DNA from: Ginkgo biloba
Taxonomy: Eukaryota; Plantae; Ginkgophyta
NCBI GenBank assembly: GCA_024626585.2
Contig: JANKJI020000002.1
Coordinates: forward strand, 210,067,709 to 210,085,462
Reading direction: 5' to 3'
Length of the DNA stretch: 17,754 nucleotides
In this document: piece after piece, positions 1 to 8,500 of the stretch
Layout of the letters: each line of letters begins with the position of its first letter
How positions within the stretch are numbered: position 1 is the stretch's first letter
Program-made: the position numbers and the translations under genes
The notes under the pieces: generated by a model
Database searches by the model: none
Seen by the model: only the letters and a program-made list of their open reading frames with translations
What the model was told of the DNA's origin: nothing

Positions 1-3000
1 TGTGGATCTCTTCCACCACGTGTCGACGAGCACGCGGTAGGGATTTATATCATCAACATGCCCCATAAATGATCCTGGTTGCTTCTACAACAGCTTCTTT
101 ATGGCTGGATATGGTCCCTATAACTACGAATCTTACTACTCGAACAACCCCCTTTCAGTTCTAGTGGTTATTCCTTCTCCTGATAATAATTTTAAGTGTG
201 TGTGGCAGTTCTAAACACCCAAATGGCAAATTATTGCAAGAGATACACTTTAAGCTTATGAATCAATGTGAGGATGGAGCTCTAGTTGGCGCATGTACCC
301 CATATGGGATGAAGAGTGTGGTGCCTCCTTCGGCATAAGATGTGGGAACCATTACTTAAATTTGTGGCAAGTATGAGCATCCTCATGTGGGGTCAAGGTG
401 TGTGATAGGATTATTTTATTTAATGGTTGTACCTCAAATTATGGGTTGTAATGAGCTATCACACATGTCAGTAGGATGTGTCTTTCAAGAACCTTTGCTT
501 CATTCGGGTTTTCCCTTAGTACCTAATGAGCCAAAAATCCTGAACTCTGATTGTCACCTCTAGGAGACCAAAATGTGATTCTTTGATGAATTAGAACCTT
601 ATAGGTCCTTCACACTTGCGAGGTTACAGGCACATGACTTATTTTTCTTTCCTCTAAATACCCACACCCCCAAACACCCAAACTCCTAGAAACCCAAAAG
701 GTGGACATTTATTCACTCTATTCAATTTGTTTTTAGATCCATGGGAGTACCTTGAAGAAAAGGACTCTAGTATGGCTTTAAAGTCCTAGTGGCACTCAAC
801 TACGTTTGATTAACATTCTAGGTCTACAGATGTCATTTATGAATTGGATTTTGTGGAGGTTCTAAACCCCTACTTCCAAAAATTTCATTAACTCTATTTT
901 AATCAAATTTTGGGCTTGTGACACCTTGGGATTTATTTCAAGTAATGACTTTGGATATGTTCCACTTCTTTTTACAAACTTTGAAAAGCCAAAGTTTTTA
1001 CATTAGTTGCACTTTATCTAGGCTCAGGGCTACCATTTTGATATTTGCTTCAGGTCTTTACCAATCTAAGTTTCCCACCTCTAACAACTCCTAAAATTTA
1101 TATATTAAGATGTGATCTCCTTTTGAGTTCACACTAGTGTTTAATCTCTTAATATTTCCTAAAATCCTTGAAACCCAAAAATCCAAAATTCTTTCATTTG
1201 CACATAGGCCCCCTTTTGATCTCATCCACATTGACTTAATGAGTTATTGTATTTTGGCATCGGGAACTCTTTATTGCATCCAATTGTCATTTCAGGTCTA
1301 TAACTATTAATAATTCTATGAAGAGGATATTATACCTGAAAACATGATCCTCTGAAATCCCACTTGCATGCTAATGTCTTTTCATGGATTTCTTCTCTTT
1401 ACTCATTTAACCAACTATGATCCTTCAAATTTTGATTCTATAATGATCCATTAANNNNNNNNNNNNNNNNNNNNNNNNNNNNNNNNNNNNNNNNNNNNNN
1501 NNNNNNNNNNNNNNNNNNNNNNNNNNNNNNNNNNGTACTTAGACAACTTAGGTGAATTTAGATATATCAAGAAATCTTCCTCTGTGCCTATGGGGAGAAA
1601 ACTTGATGGGGGAGGAAAGACAAAATAATGGATCGAAGGTATCAACTTGCTATTCCTATGAAATAAGAAAATATAAAAATGGGAGATCAAAACGAGATAG
1701 AAAAGCGGGGTTGGAGGATGGGGAGGGTTAATAGAGTTAACAGTCTAGTAGAGGACTTCAACTCGTGAGCTTAACCATCAATATCTTACAATATGTAGAT
1801 GATAATATTCGCTCAAAGAATTTCATGCATGTACAAACAGATAAAAGTCTTACAAAAATCCTACTTTGTATTCAAACTCATAGTGAATGTGGCATAATAT
1901 TTATAAAATCTTTAAAAAAAAAATACACTCTAAATTTAAGCTAGTGATAAATGAGGACAAAACAAAAATTGTGAAGTCAAATGTATAAAATCAACATATT
2001 TCATATTCCATTNNNNNNNNNNNNNNNNNNNNNNNNNNNNNNNAAGAGGAAAATTATAAAACTCATTAGAACACACAAATATCTTAGAATTGGTTTTCCA
2101 ACAAATCTTAACTAGAACATCAGTGGAACAAAGGAGCATGGAAGGCTTTCTTTAGATGTGAAAAATTTAGAGTTGTGGCTATGGAAATGGTCTTAGACAT
2201 CCTACTAACACCAATCATCCTTTAAGATTGTGAATTTTAGGGAGGAAGCATTTCACACAAAGTGTGAAATATAAAACAAGTTTGAAAAGCAAATTTATCT
2301 TGGCTACAACACCTTAGAAATTGATTCACATCTATTTTCCTCTCATGATTTCATAGTCTAAAGTACAATTCCATACCTATTCTCCTTTTAGAAACCAACA
2401 TAAACCATTTAGAAGGAACACCACTAATGAGATATTTGACATATAGAGTAAACTATGAGAAAGAAGTTAATGAAAAAATTCGAGCAAACACATACTCAAA
2501 TAGCAAGACTTAAAAGAAAATGAGGATGGATTAAGGATAATATGCATTGGTTCATTGAGCAGGGAGAATCTAGGCAAATGGGATACTAGAGGTCCAAACA
2601 AAACCAAGAAAGTATGTTGATAATAAAATATTAAGAAAACTATGGGACTCAAAGAATGTCATCGTTGAGTAAAAAAAATGAATGACAAATGAAAAAATTC
2701 ATTAACCAAGAGTTGAAGACATAACATTACCTGGACAAGGTATGAAGCTAGAAAAAGAGATAAAACATTTGAAGGGTTAAAACAAACTCTTATGGCCTAT
2801 TGATGGGGATTAGCCCCTTATGTTANNNNNNNNNNNNNNNNNNNNNNNNNNNNNNNNNNNNNNNNNNNNNNNNNNNNNNNNNNNNNNNNNNNNNNNNNNN
2901 NNNNNNNNNNNNNNNNNNNNAGGTTCAATTAGTCGTTAGTAGTTCGCACCTATGAATCTTTTGCATATTTTCAATGAAATAAGGAAAGTTTTTGGTGACT

Positions 3001-3606
3001 CATTGTTGTTGGGTGTGTGTGTCTGTATCCCTTTCTATTTGATTGGTTCCTCCAATTCAAAGCTTATAGTTAGGAGGATCCCAATCAATCAGTATAAGAG
3101 AAATTCTTAAACATTCCTAGGGGTATATGTGGAGTTTTCTGGTGTGCAATAGGTCCAACAAGAATGAGAAATAGTAATGAATGAGCTTCATTGGATACAT
3201 AGATATTGTATCTCAATAAACTCCATAGATCAACTCGGGGCAGTTGATGCCTTTATTCGAGTTGACGTGGTTTATTTCAATTTATCTCTATACATGGTGC
3301 TTAACACCAACTCAAAGGAACTAGAGATAAGCATGCTTAGCTCTATATTTCACCACACATATCATAATAATTTTTGTTGTAGATATAATAACATTTGGTG
3401 TTCTAATTTCACCTTGATTTGTTTATTTTTACAAGCTTGGGAGCTTAGGATTTGCTTTTAATAGATATCGATATCACCCAAGTTCAATTCCCTTTGTATA
3501 AGGGANNNNNNNNNNNNNNNNNNNNNNNNNNNNNNNNNNNNNNNNNNNNNNNNNNNNNNNNNNNNNNNNNNNNNNNNNNNNNNNNNNNNNNNNNNNNNNN
3601 NNNNNA

Positions 3607-3836
3607 ATCTTCGATAGATTCAGGAGGTGGTCACCAAATTGAATCCAGAAAGATTTATCATTGCTACCACTATGGAGATTCATCTACAACCAGTTTCACA
3701 TATGACCAAGGAGTGGTCTCAACTAGAGATAGAATTATCACTCACCCTTCCAAAGGCTATCAAGAATTCATCCCCATGAAGGTTTCTAGTTAGATTTTTA
3801 TCATTTTGACCTTGTCTCAAGACGAGACAATATTTT
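3607..3836 (+). mobile_element. Degenerate 3' internal region (end of pol, possible chromodomain-like remnant) of the LTR element
   Basis: Abuts the PPT and ends ...SQDETIF*, resembling typical gypsy pol termini. No intact domain is visible. Confidence 0.35.
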
Positions 3837-3849
3837 AGGCATGGGGGAG
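3837..3849 (+). other. Polypurine tract preceding LTR
   Basis: AGGCATGGGGGAG directly before TGTTAG. Confidence 0.7.
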
Positions 3850-4494
3850 TGTTAGACGAAGAATATGACACATGTCAAAAATGGCTTGGAATGATGCTAA
3901 TATGAGGTGGTTCACCAATGAGAATTAAAGAGAGCTTGACCGACGATGACATGAGTTGGTTCACCCACAAGTGACATAGAGGATTTGGATGACAATGACA
4001 TAACCCATCAATAGTTAGGATGTTGACAAAGGATAGTGCTATACTGACATGAGTTAGCCCAATGACAAAGGTCTATATTAACATGAGTCAACTCATTGAT
4101 GAAGGTTGGGATAAACCTCTTTAGTACTTCATTGGCATTATCAGAGAAGACCAACATCACCTCAACAATATCTATCGAAGACATTCATCGACGACAAAAT
4201 GGGAGTTTGACATAAGTCTCTCACTTGGCCTGTAATATGTAATTTCCATGATAGTTACTTAACCTTCTACACTATGTATATATATCTGACATAGGATAGG
4301 AGGAGGTAGTAGATACAATGGTTGTAATGGTTGTATGTATGTATGCTTTGTACACTCTGAATCAATAATAGAGGTATTGGATGGTTTTTCTCATATATGT
4401 GTATAATGTCTAAGTGTATGTGAATGTGATGCTTATAATCTATAACATGAGTAGGGATACAATGTGCACTCATTAGTAATTAACATGCTTAACA
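3850..4494 (+). mobile_element. 3' LTR (about 645 bp) of a degenerate Ty3/gypsy-like retrotransposon
   Basis: Starts TGTTA and ends TAACA, directly preceded by a PPT. Contains short GACATGAGTT-like repeats and an AT-rich TATA/polyA-like zone. Its 3' part is visibly homologous to the reverse complement of 14220-14350. Confidence 0.75.
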
Positions 4495-4556
4495 GTGACA
4501 CAACTACGTTGGTAAGATTTTCTTTCCTACTTGCNNNNNNNNNNNNNNNNNNNNNN

Positions 4557-4929
4557 CTCATGTTACTTCTTATGTCACTATGTTTTTAGGTGTGGGTGCA
4601 TGTTCCACTTCTTTACCTTTGCTGTCGATTTCCATTTCCTTCATTGGACTACCTACACTAATGATTCTTGGGGTGAAGTTGAGGTTGAAGTTTCCAAGAC
4701 TTTGCATCCTAATGCCCACTAATATTTTAATATCTATAAAAAATATTTCCATGGGTCTTGGAAAGTTTTTCCTTCCTTTCTTGAACAATAGTCAAGCTTC
4801 GTCAACCTTTCTTTTGAATTTCCTTACATTGTTCTTCTTATCATATTGAAGTATGGTGACTACTATATCCCTTCTTCCTGAAGTACTCAGTTTTCTTAGT
4901 GATGTGACATGGGAGGCAATACCAATACT
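4557..4929 (-). mobile_element. Decayed retrotransposon gag fragment with eroded CCHC zinc knuckle
   Basis: 4738-4661 reads Y-R-Y-*-N-I-S-G-H-*-D-A-K-S-W-K-L-Q-P-Q-L-H-P. This keeps C-x2-C-x4-H-x4-C spacing plus a WKLxP tail, but all three Cys codons are mutated. Confidence 0.45.
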
Positions 4930-5128
4930 NNNNNNNNNNNNNNNNNNNNNNNNNNNNNNNNNNNNNNNNNNNNNNNNNNNNNNNNNNNNNNNNNNNNNNN
5001 NNNNNNNNNNNNNNNNNNNNNNNNNNNNNAAAGTACCTTTGAAGGTACTTTAAGAAATCACAAAAAAATAGGGTGATTTGATACCGCGTATTCGGATTTA
5101 GTCTTAACAAATTCTTGTAACTAACTCA

Positions 5129-5192
5129 GTGCGAAGAGCATATTATTTCTGTTTTGATTTAATTTAGTTTAACGGGCAGTGGGAAGGTGCCC
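5129..5192 (+). repeat. Diverged direct repeat, copy A (3' of the gene)
   Basis: 44/64 ungapped identity with 12085-12148 by hand alignment. Confidence 0.55.
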
Positions 5193-5443
5193 AGAGTCAT
5201 CTTACTCCAAACTGTCTTATTCGAGCATTTTTTACCAAAAATGGAGCATCTGGACTGGATAATGCTAAATTTTATTTCTCATTTAAATAGAAAAGAATGA
5301 TTTTATTCCATGAAAGGAACTGTACCAGATATTGCTTCTGAAAAAATATCCGACGTTATATTACACCCTCAAAGACCCATTGGGGCTATAGTACATACAA
5401 CTGGACTTACAACATGGTTAAATTTTAATTTTCTACATTGCTT

Positions 5444-5548
5444 CTAAAGGCTAGCTGAAATAAAAGTGGATATTTCTTGCTGCTTCAGGCTATCTGCAAC
5501 ATGAGCCACTACTCCAGCACCTGCATAATGTAACCACTCCTGCTTCAC
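5444..5548 (-). CDS. DUF676 lipase terminal exon (VKQEWLHYAGAGVVAHVADSLKQQEISTFISASL*)
   Basis: TTTTTACAG| acceptor, 105 nt, phase 0, TAG stop at 5446-5444. The C-terminus resembles that of plant homologues as I recall them. Confidence 0.9.
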   Translation of the reverse strand: MKQEWLHYAGAGVVAHVADSLKQQEISTFISASL

Positions 5549-8500
5549 CTGTAAAAATGTTGAAGAACTGTTAGCTGCTTCAGAAATAATCCTAACATTA
5601 CTATCTATTGAACACCCTCAAACAAGGAAGATTCTGCCCATTGGCTGTCCTCAATAATGATTATGATTGGACAAGTCTGGTGTTGCAGTGGATGGTAGAA
5701 TAAAAGTAAATCCTATCAAAGCAAAGTGCCAAAAATCTTTTCTATTGAGCTTGACAATCATGTGTGAGAATCAAAATGGCATTTCAGAAAGCATCCCACA
5801 TTGAAGATTGACTCCAATTTCAGTGCCTAACCATATGAGAAACAAAACAACAAACAAATGCTCAAGGGAGAGGGACAAGTGAGTGAGCTAGTGAATGAAC
5901 GATAAGCAAGAATGATGGATAGAAAGCCCTCAAAAGCTTTCTAGACATCATTCAATAGAGCAAGAGAAGAGATATTCTGACAACAAGAATGACGAAGTTG
6001 TTAGAATATTCATACTCCCTCCCTAATATCAATAGAGATAGGGCCTTATAGATTTAAGGTCGTTTTCTAGAGAAGTATTCTTTAATCATATAAGGATTAC
6101 TTCTCTCGAGCAGTGAACGATTCAACAAGTGAGTGAGCTCTCTGAGAGCAAAGGAATGATAAACGAGTGAGTGAGCAAGAGCAAACGAACGATGAGCAAG
6201 AATGATGACTATGATGGCAACGAGAAAGACAAAGTTGTCAGAATAGCCAGCATTCGATCATCAATTCTTTCGTGAGCGAGCGAGCGAACAACGAGTGAGC
6301 TCTCTNNNNNNNNNNNNNNNNNNNNNNNNNNNNNNNNNNNNNNNNNNNNNNNNNNNNNNNNNNNNNNNNNNNNNNNNNNNNNNNNNNNNNNNNNNNNNNN
6401 NNNNNNNNNNNNNNNNNNNNNNNNNNNNNNNNNNNNNNNNNNNNNNNNNNNNNNNNNNNNNNNNNNNNNNNNNNNNNNNNNNNNNNNNNNNNNNNNNNNN
6501 NNNNNNNNNNNNNNNNNNNNNNNNNNNNNNNNNNNNNNNNNNNNNNNNNNNNNNNNNNNNNNNNNNNNNNNNNNNNNNNNNNNNNNNNNNNNNNNNNNNN
6601 NACCTCAAAAAATTGATTAATGATAGTACCACATTTATACATAATACTTTATAGCTATCAGATTTATCTTTTGACAGAGCTTGGGTCACTCTTGACTCTA
6701 CCTTGATCATACAGTTTTAGTCCATCGAAGATAGGATTCAATCACTCAGAGCCAAAAAAAAGCTATTTGTGCTTCCTAAAAAAGTCTACCTTGATGAATA
6801 CCTTACCCGTGTGCAAGTTAAGAAACTTAAGAAAGCCAAAGACCAAGTTATAGCAGCAAGAAAGGATAACAAATGGGTAGTAGTTCAGAATGGAATAACA
6901 GTGATTCAAGATTCCCCTCTTCAGTTTTGTCCCACCCTTGGACAACTAAATAAAACCAAAATCAGAATGCAAAGACCAAAGGAGCAAAATTTCAGTATCA
7001 ACATTATCCTCCCTCAAATTGGCCTAGATCCTGATAAGAACAAAACATAACACTAGTATCAAAACAGTCAGTTACCTTCTAACATATCATAGTAGTCTGC
7101 TGCCTTTTTACTGCTAGGTGTTGTTTGCGCTGCCTCCTTGGCCCTTGCTGTTTCAGGAGGGTAAGATGGACCCTCTTTTTGTACTGGAGGACAATAAACT
7201 ACATCCATAACATGCTTATAGCCATCTAGAGAATGCTTTGATGGCTGCAAACATGCCAAATACAAAATGATATTATCAAAAAAGGAATATAAACATTCAA
7301 AGCTTCATGATAAGACCTTATATAACATTATTAATTAGAGTAAATCTACTGGCACTAACTTTTAAGTATAGCTTTATTTTATAAATTTTAAGGATTACAT
7401 ACAAATTTCAATCTTAAGGCACTTTGTACAAGAGTCAAGAGTCCTGATGGCTGCCTAGGTTAATGGTAAATTCAAGAAGGCCAACATTGGACATCGTTTG
7501 TATTGATACTATGCAGATGCATTCTGTAAAATAATTGCTCATCTGGAAATAAAGAAACAATCCAGAAGAATAAAATTGATATACGTGAGAGACTGAAAAT
7601 ATGTACATGCTCTAAAAATATGACTCCAATACCTTTCCTCATATAAGATTCCACAATATACCACTCTAAAGCCTCTTACATCCAGGATCCACAAATGAAA
7701 GTTCGTAGAACTATTTAGCATATATATTGAAATATGACATGAAGGATGATATCAGGAGGGAGATTTCTCTTACTGTTTAAGTATAAAATGGATCATCGAG
7801 GAATATATTGCAAGAAATGCTTCCCTACATTTACTCACTATCAAACAGATTTGATAATTCATTCAAAAGCATAGACCCTCATCTTTATCGAAGAATAACA
7901 AGGGAGTGTTGAGAAAACTCAGAGACACTGGAAAGTATTCTGTCAGCTCCTATACCGTGATGGGAGATAATGCTCCTTGATACCATACAACAACATTTCC
8001 TCCAAATCACCCTGTTAGTATGACCTTACCTTGACAAGCTCTGCTTCTCTCCGTATGGAAGAGGTGCGCCAGCCTACCATATCTAGAAGACGTTAAGAAA
8101 AGACTGGAATGCTCTAACCAAATGTCTCCAACATTGACAGAATATGAAAAGCGTTAGCAGATAAAAAAGACTAGCAAGATTATGCCATAAGGTAAATAGA
8201 GGGAGTACCATCTCGAAACAAATGCAAGAGGATACGATCATAAGAGACATTTGCATAGACTACCCTCGATTTAAATACTGCAAGAGCAGAGCTGATAAAA
8301 AACACGAAACGGAGAAGTGAGAACAATACCTATAATAAATGGAAAACAGAAGATCTTGGTACTAACAATTTTGAAGTACTTACATAAATTTTCCATCTTT
8401 ACAATCAGATGCCATACGTAAAAGAAGTGGGGGCCTACTAGCTTTTCCATCAGTCAAGAACAACTGGCGGCCTGTTCTTCTTACTACATATGGTGCTAAG

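Noticed and set aside
1-2800. Probable old repeat-derived sequence
   Set aside because: No recognisable domain, terminal motif or internal repeat that I can delimit, so it is left unannotated.
2801-3160. Candidate solo LTR (TGATGG...CCAACA)
   Set aside because: Flanking 5-mers (CCTAT / AGAAT) do not form a target-site duplication, there is no PBS or PPT, and a gap interrupts it.
6013-6025. TA-CTCCCTCC, resembling a Stowaway MITE terminal repeat
   Set aside because: No matching GGAGGGAG-TA end is visible, and a 10-mer alone is insufficient.
6238-6710. ORFs of 119-149 aa in the provided track
   Set aside because: Their length comes almost entirely from the 296-N gap. The same applies to other X-rich ORFs in the track.
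7472-7721. Minus-strand intronic ORFs as extra or displaced lipase exons
   Set aside because: No family similarity, and the flanking exons (8030 to 7244) already join in phase.
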